Assembly (NCBI GenBank): GCA_028023455.1
Contig: JAQFVV010000011.1
Span: 806,001 to 870,000 of the forward strand
Length of the DNA: 64,000 nt
From: Epiperipatus broadwayi
Taxonomy: Eukaryota; Animalia; Onychophora
Direction of reading: 5' to 3'
Shown here: positions 1 through 12,747 of the stretch, one piece after another
How positions within the stretch are numbered: position 1 is the stretch's first letter
How the letters are laid out: the number at the start of each line of letters is the position of its first letter
Program-made: the position numbers and the translations under genes
Notes under the pieces: model-generated
What the model was told of the DNA's origin: nothing
The model's input: only the letters and a program-made list of their open reading frames with translations
Database searches by the model: none

Positions 1-297
1 AAACCAGCAATCATCAGTTGGTCCAGATTTGGATGGTTGAAGAGTTGGAGTGTGGAGTAGATTGAAGCCTGTCCATTAAAGTATAAACATTGGCTATCTT
101 AATATATATCTGAGCACTTATAGCATATATGTGTAGAGATGGTAATCTGGACCAACTGATGACTGTTGGTTTAGCATGAAATACGTATATTGGTGAATGT
201 GTTCAAATGTATCAGTGTTATGAGATAGAGTGGAGAGTGTGGGTCGTGCGAAAGTCTGTGCTCATATACCCTATATATTTAATTAATGATATGAAAG
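1..297 (+). mobile_element. Family A HHR-bearing PLE-like element; the inverted 5' arm runs off the window start
   Basis: 1-27 is the reverse complement of ~147-173. The body matches copies at 8.4, 37.1, 42.5 and 45.8 kb. Confidence 0.8.
151..194 (+). ncRNA. Minimal type I hammerhead ribozyme (family A), core intact
   Basis: ACCAA-CTGATGA-ctgttggtttagcat-GAAA-TACGTA-TA-TTGGT: 5-bp stem I, palindromic stem III (ATACGTAT), AUA cleavage triplet. The stem II closing pair is mismatched. Confidence 0.75.
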
Positions 298-1164
298 TAA
301 AGGCTAAATTAAGTCAATAATGTAATATTAAACATAAAGCATTTAATTATAATGGAACTATGTTTTGTTATATCAAATGTATTTTCCTATTCATCTGAAA
401 ATTTGAAATTATTTATTTTTTATTTCTACATCTCAGTAGTATCCCTAGGAAGGGTTCATTGTAATGTACTGCAGAATCTCTCTTGGGAAACACCTGATCT
501 GATTTAATGTATAAAACAAAGGAAATAAAAAGATTGCAGTAACATCTAAAAAAAAAGGGTTCAAAAAATGTATGTGCTGCCTCCAGAAATTAACAAATGA
601 TTATCAAACACTGCATATTTATAAAAATCAAAGGCACTGTAGGCATGGAAGATTATTCAGAACATTCAGCTTCTATACGATGGGTTAAGAAAAACCTGTA
701 TTACTAGTAGTAAAAAATCTGAGTCAATTGAAATGAAAACTGATGTTGAACAGAGTATGTACATATACCAACTTTGTTTTATATTTTTATGACAATGGTC
801 TTTGAACAGATTATAGGCAGTTTCAAGAACAACTAGCAAGAATTAAAAATGTTTGGTAATGGAGATTTTAAATGAAACCAAGAATTGCACCTTATTGGTT
901 TCTATGTTAACAATTTAGTAATGAATGTGTTTTTATTATCAATGAAAATATGATGTACATAATGTTATTATTCAAAAACCTGACACTTTATCAGTTGATG
1001 ATGGAAGAAAAATCTCTGATATCTTTTAACCCAAATGGTTATTATGAATCAATTAAACAATTTGGTATCTTTTAAATTAGAAAATTAGACTTGGATATTA
1101 GATATAACACAAATATTAATGTATTTCTGAATATAATAAGTTAAAAAAAATAGAATGTGTCATC

Positions 1165-1445
1165 ACAGTGATATTAGTTTGTATGAAAGTGAGATATGGA
1201 CCATTTTCTGATGTATTATAAGAGCAGTAGAAATTTTTCCTTTAAAGATGCTCCAGAGTAATATTCTGAATATATGATGACAAGTCATAAGATCAAACAG
1301 CGTATTCCTCAGAGTATATTTGCAGACAGTTTGGCACACATAGAAAATAAAAAATAAGAAAACTTTCAAAAAAGTATTTTATGGTGAACTTAGTTTTCCA
1401 TCTTGTTTTCATTATAAAGATTATCTTAAATATACTCAAAGAAAT
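1165..1445 (+). pseudogene. Decayed RTE (BovB-like) LINE ORF C-terminal fragment
   Basis: Broken-frame motifs LYESEIWT, KVFYGEL and YKDYLK match RTE C-terminal motifs (LYGSETW, LLYGEL, RYKD). Confidence 0.6.
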
Positions 1446-1699
1446 ATGATAGATTAGTTTCATTGAGGAGGGAGTAGAACCGATAATAGAATACAGAGAG
1501 ACTTCTAATTAGGCAAGATTTCTTTGAAAATCTACACTAGAAGAAGTTAAAAGATAACATTATATGTAAAATATAAATGCCTGTAATTGTGTTTCAAAGA
1601 ATGGTTTGTATAATTATCTTTTTTTCTCTTCTGGAGTTAGAATGGCCAGACTTATCTTCAAATAGTTGCTAATAATATAGAAATGGCCAAAAGAACAAT

Positions 1700-1975
1700 G
1701 TTTAATAATATTAATATATATATATATATAAAGAATGACCACTTTCACATGGCAGGAGAACAATGTATTAACAATATTGTGAAGTACAATCTGCTTCACA
1801 TAAAACTATTAGTTGGGTGAAGATTTTCAAAAGCAGCAACTTTTAATAATATAGAAAATCATAAATGTTTCTCATGAGAATAGTTTATAATGCATTGATT
1901 GTCCTTTATGTGGTTGGGTTTCTGTCAAGAAAGCTTTGTGCAAATTTGCAAATACCATTCCATGTTAATACAAAC
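1700..1975 (-). pseudogene. Possible decayed LINE apurinic endonuclease N-terminus
   Basis: Minus strand reads LTWNG then AFLTETQ, resembling APE motifs (TWNV, LTET). The rest is unreadable. Confidence 0.35.
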
Positions 1976-2225
1976 TTCTTAAATGTTTTATATATTATAA
2001 AAATTTACACTAATTTCATTATATTAAAATGCCAATTAAACATGATTCATATACTTCAAAGTTGATATGCTTCTGTGTAATTATCGAATACCAATAATTT
2101 TATTTACAGGCATATTTTAAATATTTCTTATCAAAAAAGAAGCCAAATTTAAATTACAATCTCATCATATTACTTCATAATGAAATTTAAAAAAGAGAAA
2201 TTATGAGTTTAACCTGTTTTTATCA

Positions 2226-2535
2226 TCAAAACATCACATGATCACCATTTCAGATGCTTACACATGCTGTTAATAAGAGTGCTAAACTTTCCATACAGTA
2301 GTGCCACCAAGTGCAAGTCTTTGTAATCAATGGATGTAGAAAGGTTTGTGGATAAAATCCTCATCTAGTGTCTATTCATCACTGATGAAAGCCACAAGCT
2401 AGAAACTAGTCTGGAGATGTTGGATGATTAGGCACTAGATAGGGATTTTATGCACAAACTTTCCTTCATCCATTGATTACAAAGGCTTGCACTTGCTGGC
2501 TCTACTGTATGGAGATTTTGGTACTCTTATAATCT
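2226..2535. mobile_element. Family B HHR hairpin element
   Basis: Inverted arms 2280-2378 and 2379-2530 plus a tail (aaacatcacatgatcacc). Candidate TSD tttttatca at 2217-2225 and 2536-2544. Confidence 0.85.
2379..2416 (+). ncRNA. Minimal type I hammerhead (family B), core intact, stem I shortened by the inversion junction
   Basis: tca-CTGATGA-aagccacaagcta-GAAA-CTAG-TC-tggag; GUC triplet, palindromic stem III ACTAGT. Confidence 0.65.
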
Positions 2536-4074
2536 TTTTTATCACTTTATTTTTTTTTAAGTCAACTCTTTCCCAACTTAGAAATAGCATAGAGTAAAAT
2601 CTTAAAATTAAATAGTGATCCTGGAATCGGCTGCTAAGATGATCTACATCCTAAATCAGATTCAGCAACTCATATCTTTTAGACATTTAAATCAATCCAT
2701 TGCAGCTGATTATATCTTTTAATAAAAGTTGCAATGATTACTCGATTTTCTAAGAAATAAAAATACAATGCATTACAGGCCTAATTTATTCACTAAGTCA
2801 TTATATTGTAGAATAAGGATGCCTTTTTAAATATATCAAAATGTTTACTAATAAAATTTAAAGCTTTTAGAGAAAATTCAGAACCCTTTTTTTAAATTTC
2901 CAAATCAAATCATCAGTATATCAAGGGTAAGTCTGACTACCAATTAAAAAAATTTCCGATTAATTTTCTATACAGCCGCTTATTATTTTGTATAATTTCC
3001 ATCACAGTAGGGTTGCACCCTATTCATGGTTCCTTTTCCTTTTGTGTGATTTTTTAAAAAAACTTAGCCTAGTTTACATAGTTTAAAAGTTTATTTTGTG
3101 AGTGAAGACTTTTTTGAACACCTAATCCCGTCCATTTTAAAAAGTGCTATCTGTAGCAGCAAGGCCACTGATGAAAACACAATTAATTCCAAATCCTTGG
3201 TTCCAGGCCTTTTTGTGAATTTTTTAAATTTTAACCCCCCACCTCCTCCTTGATTATAACTCCAAACTCTACCCATTCAAATAAACAACAGACATTTGGT
3301 GAATGTTTTTCCCATTAATTTTGTTTATTTATATATAAACTAATATATTTAAGATAAAAGGTTAACGATCATGTTTAGATTTTGTTAGGTTAATAGAAGC
3401 TTCTGAATAATAGGTATTAGAATTAATAGTATTCTCTCTACCATATTTACATCCTTCTCAAACTAATTCAAACTGAATCACACATTTTTGCATATTAGCA
3501 ATTTACTGTAAAAACTGCCGTTTGAACTATATTTTTAAGCAACATTTAGATATCAATTTCACCTTCCTCCCTTCAAAAAAATAGTAATAATCTTTTACTG
3601 AAATAGTCCAAGAGTATGATTTTAAATATGACCTTCATAAATGTCAGTTTTATAAAGTTAATGAAGTTATCAACCTATTAATTTTACTTTATTATATTTA
3701 CAAATATCATAGAATGTGTTATAAAATCAACTTATGACCCCAAAAATTTAAAAACAATCCTCTAGGAATAATAATACTCCTTAAATGTTGAGGTTAAGAA
3801 AGTAAGAATAATCAATCAACTTTAATCACTTTTTTTCTTCTCTTTATTATTGACACTTAAATATTTTACTAAGTAGCAAAAGCAGAATAAAATAACTGTT
3901 TTGAAACAAAATTGCGAATTAAATGATTAATGTATCTTATAATCTAATTCCAATTTAACTATTAAAAAATTAACGGAAATTATTTCAAAATGTTGCGTAA
4001 TTGTTTGAAAATGGTGTTTTATGACTCATAGTCTTTTAGCAAAGAGCAATGTTGATTTCCCAATATACATATAG

Positions 4075-4950
4075 ATAAAATTAATCATAGAATTAAACTT
4101 GATTGGGGTGCTTTTGGTAGAAATAACTTTAATATGGAAATATGCCTATATGTTTGATTTTTAATAAATGTGTATTACCAGTTCTTACTTTTGGATCTGA
4201 ATCTTGGCAAAAGAGCAATACAGAGACTTCAGACTATTCAATAAAATATGGAGAGATGCATGTTAAGAATAACAAGAAGAGATCGAAAATGAATTACATG
4301 GATGAGGGAACAAACAGGTGTTACTGACATCATTGAAATAATTAAAAGACCAACCATATTACTAGAAGAGATGATAATAGATAAACAGTTCTAATCTTAA
4401 ACTGGATTCCAAGAGAATGTAAAAGATCTGATGGACGGTGAAATAAGGAAGTATGCTGGAGTAATTAAATCACCAAACATCACATGATCACCATTACTTA
4501 TGCTTGTTCATAACTGTTATTAAAACAGGCAAAACTCTCCATACAGTAATGCCATTCAGTGCAAGCCAGAGTAATCAATGGATGCCAGAAAGTTTGTGCA
4601 TAAAATCCCTATCTAGTGCATACTTATCCAATACCCCCAGAGTAGTTTCTGGCTTGTGGCCTTCATCTATGTGCAGTGCTCTCAGATCCAAGGCTCTTCA
4701 CTGACAAAAGCCACAAGCCAGAAACTAGTCTGGGGATATTGGATGAGTATGCACTAGATAGGGATTTTATGCACAAGTCTTCTGGCAACCATTGACTACT
4801 CTGGCTTGCACTGAGTGGCATTACTGTATGGAGAGTTTTTCCTGTCTTAATGCTGAAGTAATGTGAAGAGGCTAGAGATTGGAGTTGGATTTAACTTGGT
4901 GAAACCATCATCCTGCAGTGGATTGATAATGGTTGAAAATGATGATGATG
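4075..4950 (+). mobile_element. Decayed RTE LINE 3' fragment with (GAT)n tail, interrupted by a family B insertion
   Basis: MPICLIFNKCVLPVLTFGSESW and LGETIILQWIDNG resemble the 610-aa ORF C-terminus; ends in gatgatgatgat. Confidence 0.85.
4465..4849. mobile_element. Family B HHR hairpin element nested in RTE
   Basis: ~330-bp palindrome plus ~60-bp tail. TSD atgctg(g/a)agtaa at 4453-4464 and 4850-4861. HHR at 4696-4735 has a CTGACAA core. Confidence 0.9.
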
Positions 4951-5289
4951 ATTACTAATTATAATTTCTATTAATTCTTTAATAAGAGATATAAACAATC
5001 TAATGATTATTCATAAAAAATTCAAGTATCAGAAATAAAAGAGCTGAGCTGTGATCTGTGGATTTGGAACTCTAGAACATTCTACTTTTTAATCTAAACA
5101 TGCAAGCCAGCAAAAATTATTGCAATGCCTCACATTCAAACCTCCAATATTACTACTACCCTACTACATCATCAGAAATAACCTTTTCAATCATTATTAA
5201 TCTATAACAGGATAAAGGTATCTCTGAATTTAATCCAATTTCTCTGATCTATAGGTTTTTCTTCTCTACGTCCTACCAGCAAATATTCT

Positions 5290-5730
5290 TATTTCAACCA
5301 CATGTGGGCTCTTTTTAAATTTTTTTTTTACAAACTCTTGAGATCCAATTTAAGAATTTCAACTATCATCTTCTAGTAGTGTATTCAGCCCAGTTCCATT
5401 TCAGTCTCTTAATTCTTTCAATGAAACGAGTGACACCCACTTGTTTTCTCACCCATATACTTCATTTTTGATCTCTTTTTATTAATCTCAATATACATTG
5501 CCCCATACCTTGTTGCATGTCCAAGTACTGCTTTTCTCTTTAGTGCCCTAATCTCAAGATCGTATGTAAGAACTATTTAAGCGCATTTATTAAAAATCTT
5601 AATTTTCAATCCACATATGTATTTCCTTTTAATATTAAATAAATTTAATCAAAAGGATTCTGTCCAAGTTTAATTCTATAATTAATTTCATCCATTATGT
5701 TTTCAATGGTAATAATTATTGACCATGATA
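5290..5730 (-). mobile_element. Decayed RTE LINE RT C-terminal fragment
   Basis: Colinear nucleotide similarity to 28680-29130. Confidence 0.75.
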
Positions 5731-7196
5731 GTTATATTATCAATATTTATTTTCTGCCTTTGTAAAAATATGTTGAACATTAATTTTTTAGGATTTATCC
5801 TTAGTCCTATTTTTTTACTTTCATTTAATAATTGTTGAAAAACACATACAATGTTGACGTAGAACTGTTTCCATCATCTAATATTAAGTATTGAATCTTT
5901 CTTTTTAAAAAATTTAACTTTATTTAAATTTTCCAACTACATTTAGCTGTTAGTAATAGCTTAATATATGCACACTATTTTTTTTTTCTCAGTGATGAAA
6001 GCTTTTATTCACCAAAAAGACAAAATACACAACAGTTAAAAAAAGGTTTACAAAGGGATAATTACATAGCAAAATGAAATTCAAGTACAATATTGTGAAG
6101 GGGAAGGGAATACATATGAAATGGGAAAGGGATATGGAAAGGGTGTATAGTCCAGGCAAAGAAGAGTCTTTGGTAAGGAGCAATGTTGATAGGTTTGTTT
6201 GCCCTGATGGATTGATAGGAGGATCAATATATGACATGAATTTTGGAGGAATAGCTATATGTTAAGTCTTTAGAGGTTTCAGGGATGGATGAGGAGATTT
6301 CTGAGTTATGCTTAGATGCAACAGGCTGATTTTTGTCTTTTGTAGATGAGTAGTTTTAGTTTTTCCCATTGTACTTGGAATGGCATTATGATTGGTCATG
6401 TTGTTCTTTTTGACTTGCTTTTTACCTTTGATAGAGCAAACCACAGCCTGAAAGGGAGGAAGATCCAAAGGACAAGGAGATGGAGACTTTGAAATAAGTT
6501 CTTTGGTGATGATGTTTTTAGTTAAATCTTGTTTGAAACTCAGTTTGGATAAAATTTGGGTAATTTTGAAGGTTTTAATTTATATAGTTTAAGGTCTCTG
6601 CACATTTTCCCCACTAGGGACAGTGGCCACCTTTAAACCATTTGAAAGAATGAAAAGTAATATGAAGAAAAACAAATTTGAAATGGAAAAATTAAGTACT
6701 GTATATTGATGTAAAAGCTAAAAAACAACAACACTGGAAATCTTGTTATTAATAATTTTAGTTGAGTAATGAGAAAATTGAGTGGAATTCTAGATGGTTA
6801 GTTACCCCAGAGGAGAGGATGTCTGAGAAATAGGATTGTTAAAAATGGCCTAAATAACTGGAACAACACAGAAAACTTTAGAAACAAGTTTTGAGTGACA
6901 GGGAACTTGGAGTAAGAGAAATATTTAAAACTCTAAGAGGGAATAAACCCTTTATGGTCCATAAAACAGTTGAACCACCCATTATGGTCCATAAAACAGT
7001 TGAACCAAATGCTGATAAGTACAAGGTAGACATAGGGAAATTTGTGTTAAAAATGCACTAAAACTGAGATTTAGTGAATGAAAGAGTACATTAGCATCAA
7101 AATAAGGCCTTTAAAGGGCCAAATAACTAAAAAAGGCACCTTTCACTGCTGCAATATCGACTTTTCAGAGCCATTCTGTGTGAGCTGTTAGGAGGA

Positions 7197-7603
7197 TTTG
7201 AGTGGCATTATTCTCCTACCTTCTTCAGGTGTTGCTAGCATGACAGTGACAGAACTAGCATGGGAATCAAACCTGCACTCTTAGGGTTAACATTGGCAGG
7301 ATGGATCAATTGGTTAGAGTGTTACCTTAAAATTTCAATATTCAAGAATACTAAAGACCCAGGTTTAATTCCCATGCTACTTGTGTCACTAGTCAGGCCA
7401 GTAATACCTGAATAAGAGAGGAGAATAATACCACTTAAAACATTGTACACCTGGGTGCTATTATTAACCGTTAAATGTAATTGGAAAATTTCAATAAAAT
7501 TAAATTTTTCTAAAGGCATTCAATACATAATATTAAATGATGAAAACAGTTCAACATATAGACACAACTAAAATACCATCTTCACAAACCTTCAGGAAAA
7601 CAC
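7197..7603. mobile_element. Family C tRNA-headed element with a short inverted 5' arm
   Basis: Sense copy 7295-7603 has an A box (tggatcaattgg) and a B-box-like ggtttaattccc. 7197-7285 is its partial reverse complement. Confidence 0.75.
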
Positions 7604-8404
7604 ATACAATGTATCTATTTTTTAACAGATCACTAAAATCACAAATAAATAGCTATAAAGTTTTACAATATTCAAATTTATTTCCAGACCAAATTCTTTT
7701 TGAAATAAAAATGTCTTAAAAACTTTAGATATGACATTTTAACATATATTATAATGATAATCTCCAGTTAGGTTTCATGAAATTTTACATATTTTTCAGC
7801 TTTACAAATTTCAACTAATGCTGTTTGCATTTTTCTGATCTCTTATATTGATTATTTATGAAGTAAAAGCTGAATGCTTAATAGTATTTTAAAATGTATT
7901 TGTTTATCAATTTCATTGTAGAATAAAGGGGGGGGGTATTGACGGAAAGAGCATTTTATACTGCTAGACATATATATGATAAGGATGAAAGAGAAAGACT
8001 CATAAAAAATATGTGAGTGGACAACAGATGGAAAAATAAGATGCATCTTAGATGAAGCTAGAAAGATAGTGGAAACAAAATTATGAGAAGTAGAAATATA
8101 AAATGTGAAAATTGTCAGGGTAAAAGATCACAAAGAAGAAATGACAATTACAAAAATTCCATTTAATGAATATAATCTTTAAAAATTAAATTGCTGCTCA
8201 AAAAATTTAGAATTAAGAATGTTAAAAAACAAGTAAGATTAAAATTTACAATGAGCAAATACTAATATCTAATTTTGTAAGTTTTCATTTTGATTTATGA
8301 ATGTTAAACTTTCTGTAGGGACAACTTCAAGACTATTTCAGATAAATGGTTTTTTTTTAAATTTAAATTTTAGTTAAAGTTTCTAATAACTGAAATACGG
8401 GCTT

Positions 8405-8636
8405 ATTATATACCTGTATCAATATATGTAATATATAGGGAATATGAGCACAGACTTTCACATGACCCATCACTCTCCACTCTATCTCATAACACTGATA
8501 CACTTGAACACATATATGTTGAAAAGATAAATAATCACCAATATATGTATTTCATGCTAAACTGGCAATTATCAGTTGGTATAGATTATCATCTCTACAC
8601 CTATATGCAATAAGTGCTCAGATATATATTAAAGTT
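8405..8636 (-). mobile_element. Family A element with 3' tail; HHR at 8537-8580 (core CTGATAA, G8A)
   Basis: Reverse complement of the 100-297 region. Minus strand reads accaa-CTGATAA-...-GAAA-tacata-TA-ttggt. Confidence 0.8.
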
Positions 8637-8781
8637 TCTAAATATATAATAAGTGTTAGCAATGCATGTGGTTGTATTTAATAAGTATAGCTATACTAAT
8701 ATTTAATTACATTTAAAGTTTATATCTGGGATAAAAATAATATGATAATCTTTGTATATATTTTATTATATATTTTTAAGA

Positions 8782-8824
8782 AAGCTATGATTATGAGGGA
8801 TAGATCCTCGAAAACGTTCAGCTT
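8782..8824 (+). ncRNA. Degenerate minimal hammerhead
   Basis: AAGCT-atgatta-t-GAGG gatagat CCTC-GAAA-ACGT-TC-AGCTT: all three stems pair, with two core substitutions. Confidence 0.45.
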
Positions 8825-9439
8825 ATTATTATATTTATTTATAACATCTCTTTTAAACTTTACTTTTAAGTTTTTGTGTTTAATCTAAAGAAGATGTTGT
8901 CAAAAGTACGAGTGCAAGAAATTTGACACTTTTAGATTAAAGTGAACCATTTATTTTTCAATTCAAAATTTTAATTATTATATATAAAAAAGTTAAACAT
9001 GATTGAAAACACTTGTAATATCTTTATTAATGTGTGGTATAAGAAAAGATCCTCATTAACTGCATCAAGAATACTCAAACAATATCTAAAAAAAGAAGAT
9101 GTTCTGGAAGAAATATCAGTGAAAGATATTGAGATCATTCATTAATAAAAATAATTCAATGGTTTATTGCTTGGAAATGCACTGGAAGTAGCAATTCCGT
9201 GTCACAAACCATTTCAGAATCTGCCATTTTACAACTACATCAAGGTTATTTGCATATAAAGTTTTAATAATATTTAATTCAGATTATAATAGTAGATATA
9301 TATCATTGTCTTTGTATTCTAAAATATTTTCAAATAGAAGCCTTAACATCTTGGAGGATGATAGTATTCTTTGAGAATAAATCTGGTCCCTAAAGTACTT
9401 TCTCAAATAGTCTGTTCTTTTATTCACACAGAGTAATAC

Positions 9440-9790
9440 ATAGACATGACAGGATCATTCATATCATAGTAGTTCTGACAATTTTATAATTGGGAGAAAG
9501 CAGTCTAATTGATAGGTTTTTTTGATGATTATCAGATATAAACTTTTCCAACAGTAAGCAAAAAGTATTAATAGCAATTTTTTGGACTATATGTCATCCC
9601 CCCACCTCAATTTTTTATTGTCCAATTTTTGTGGTAATGATATCTCCATTCTATAATGTAGAATTTGCATCAGAAATCTGTGTTTCTGAATAATAGCTTG
9701 ACAAGAAGAGTCAAACAGATTTCATTCTAGCTTCAGTGAAAGCCACCATCAACCTTAAGACTGTCAATCTTAAAATCCCAAATAATTTGA
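9440..9790 (-). pseudogene. Decayed Penelope-type reverse transcriptase remnant
   Basis: Frameshifted motifs in the expected order: FxIDSL-like (~9770), GMTYSPKxA...LLEK (~9600-9545, cf. GxAMGSPxSPxxAN...LE), and a YYxxxDD-like tract (~9470). Confidence 0.45.
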
Positions 9791-9965
9791 CTCCTTTGAA
9801 ATGTTTACAAGTTCAAAATTTCTCATATTTATGAAAACTGATATTCATTTCCTGTTATATATTTCTTAACAATTTTCTTTCAGCTCCATCCTGATATCAA
9901 AATATAGCTATAACATGCAGTAATATTAAATCATCTTTTACAATGCTTTTTTTTACAACCCACTA

Positions 9966-10003
9966 TAACAGTTTCGATTGCCCCAGCAATCTTCTTCAGA
10001 ACT
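9966..10003 (-). ncRNA. Hammerhead-core motif upstream of the PLE RT remnant
   Basis: CTGAAGA-A-GATTGC tggg GCAATC-GAAA-ctgtt: perfect 6-bp stem II. Stems I and III are not well resolved. Confidence 0.5.
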
Positions 10004-10574
10004 ATAACTTCTATTCATTATTTTACTCATCAACCACATATGGACATGTGAAATGATTGAATTATATAAGAGCAAAAATTATTCTATATTGAACTTGAGC
10101 AGGATTTAGCGTTTAAAAAAAGGTTAAAAAAATTAATCATTTTCAATGGAGAAGATATGGCTGAGAATAAAATATAATACAAGCTATAATTGGATATGAT
10201 ATTAAAATATTTCATTAAAAAAACTTTCTGCCAGAAAAAGTTTAAAGACAGCATCCCAAATTCCATCTCTAATATATTATTATTTTTTGACAATATATAT
10301 TTTTTCTCTCTTGGCTGTACTTATTTGCAATGAGTTAACAAATAGTACATATTCTCACAATTCAGTTTGCAAAAATTAACTCATTAAAAAAGAAAAGAAA
10401 TAATTCTTTGAAAGGATTTTCTAATCTGCACCTGAATAATATCGAAAAAAATCTACAATTTGTAAAGAGATTCATTTTAGAGTGAAATATTAATAAGAAT
10501 ATATATATGTAAGTAGAAAAACACAGAATTATCAGTTTATAATATCCTATCTATAGTATTTTTCAATTCCCAAT

Positions 10575-10860
10575 TACTCTGCCTCTTTATCCATCCACAC
10601 ATCTTCTTTCAAATTTCTTTTTCTTGTTATTTTATCTATTCCTTCTTTCCAACTCCTTTTTAAGCATCACCTTTTTCTTTTTTCTAATGATATCCAGTTT
10701 AATATTTGTTTTGGTAATCGTTCCTGATATATCCTCTTTACATATCCATACCATTCTAATTGTCTTGTTCTGATATTTATTACAGAATATTCAATATTCA
10801 TTATTTCTCTAATTACTTTACTGTGTATGCATTTTCTCTTTGATTTTCCTACAGATCTTC
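10575..10860 (-). pseudogene. Decayed RTE-clade LINE C-terminal fragment
   Basis: Translates to IRTRQLEWYGYVKRIYQERLPKQILNW...SWKEGI. Confidence 0.75.
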
Positions 10861-11029
10861 ACTAATAAGTAATTTTTGTAATTATCAAAAAAATTATATG
10901 ATAATTGTAAATAAGTTTTGAACTAATATAAAAAATTTAAATAGAAAGTTAAATTCAGACATTAGATTAAATTATAATCTTTGGATTGCAAAAATAATGA
11001 TTTAAGTAAAAAACAACAAAAAAAATTAA

Positions 11030-11725
11030 ATACCAGTTTATGCTATCGTAAAATATGATAAATTGAAAAATATGCATACTTACTTGTAATTATGCATACC
11101 TGCCAAATAATGAAGGTAAATTTGATAAATAATGATTATATCTGATCAATATTTATTAATAATTATGAATAATTTCTATTTTGTTTTGGAAAATATTTTT
11201 GTTTCTTCAATGTCAAACTTTGGTTACAAATAAAATATTAATTGTTATTTTCAATTAGATATTAAATATAAAAAAAATATTTTAATCATAGTTTTAACAT
11301 TCTAAAATTTCTTGAATTGGTCATATATTCAGAATATATACTTTTTCATAAGATTGAATTTGTTTGACTTTATTAATAAAATAATATTATTAATACATGT
11401 TTCTTTCATTTACTTTATCTTTCACTGTTATAAATTTTTTTAAAAAAGTCGTTTTGGAAAAATTATCTGATATATAGTTGAATTTATATTTTCACTAATT
11501 ATTATTTTGGTAATTCAAATGTAAAATTTTAATTTCAAACATAAATATTATTTATTATACTTATCAATACCATGGAAATAATTCATAATTACTGGTAATA
11601 ATAATAATTTAATCAGATATAATCATTATTTATCAAACTTACCATGCTTGTTGATAAGTATGCATAAATACTGGTAAGTATACATATTTCCAATTTATTA
11701 TATTTACACAACATACATACTGAAA
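11030..11725. mobile_element. Old fold-back/MITE-like element
   Basis: Diverged inverted arms ~11030-11280 and ~11450-11725 (shared tttgataaataatgattatatctgat). Confidence 0.6.
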
Positions 11726-12107
11726 TGAACAATCCATTATTCATTTAAATAAAAAAATAAAAATTTTCTTTTAAGCAAAATGATATGCAAATTTGTTTTC
11801 TTTTTTCTTTTTTTTTTTTAAAAAAAAAGGAATTGAAATGAGGTTCAAGAGAAAATTAAGTTTTGATCTAAGAGAATATAAAATATTTAAATTATTTTAA
11901 ATTTTTTTTAAAGGCATTTAAAGATTGAGTAATTTAGTGGTATAACATAATAAATGATGTATAGTGATTAAAAGTATTATTATATGTATAAAATTGATTG
12001 ATGGTTTATTGATGTATATATAAATTGTAATTGTATTATTGTAATATTTGAATTGATGTATATATAAGTTTTGGTTGTATTGTTATAATATTTGAAGTTT
12101 TGTAGAT

Positions 12108-12142
12108 CTGAAGAAGGCTGTGAGGAACAGTCAAAACTGTTA
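12108..12142 (+). ncRNA. Degenerate hammerhead-core motif in a PLE-like terminal repeat
   Basis: CTGAAGA-A-GGCTGT gagga ACAGTC-AAAA-ctgtt; same layout as 9966-10003 but with G12A. Confidence 0.45.
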
Positions 12143-12706
12143 TTATTATAATAAACATTATTTGCTTAAAGGTGTAAGAAGATGGTGATTATTTAATAAG
12201 ATATATAGTTAGATATAAAAATGAGTTTTTCTTTTTTAAAATCAGATTGGAGTACTACTGCATTCAAATCTCAGGATTTTATTGTGCCTTGTAAATAAAA
12301 TGAGAGACACTACTAACAGTTAGCTAGATCTAATCTGGAACACTTGGAATGGTATTTTGAATAATTCCAGTTGAAATGAAAAAATAGACATTTAAATTAC
12401 TAAAAATTACAAGACTATATTACTACCATAAACAGACTTTTAATATTTGACAGAAAATAAGTAAATGATAATTATTTTGTTTTAGAATCTTATATTTAAA
12501 GTCTGACTTGTACTTTATTTTAACTAATCTGAATTTGTAAATAATACTTGTTAATCAAATATTATTTTGAAGAAATTATTGGTTTAAAAAAAATAAGGAA
12601 TGAATTTGTAATAACATCTCTTTATTTGTTAAAATTATCATTTTTAAAAAAAAAATAATTATTATGTATTACATATGTATATCTAGTGTCTGAACCTACC
12701 CTATCA

Positions 12707-12747
12707 CCTCTCTGAAGAGTGCCAGAGCACAAAACCATGGTCAGAGG
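12707..12747 (+). ncRNA. Minimal type I hammerhead with a single G12A lesion (family F)
   Basis: CCTCT-CTGAAGA-GTGC caga GCAC-AAAA-CCATGG-TC-AGAGG: all stems perfect, GUC triplet. Confidence 0.8.

Noticed and set aside
480-1100. Possible decayed LINE endonuclease (GDF-like, ISD-like tracts)
   Set aside because: Motifs need several frameshifts each and cannot be told from chance by eye.
6950-7010. Short local duplications (also 21990-22020, 59370-59470, 59600-59800)
   Set aside because: Ordinary slippage-type duplications with no further structure.
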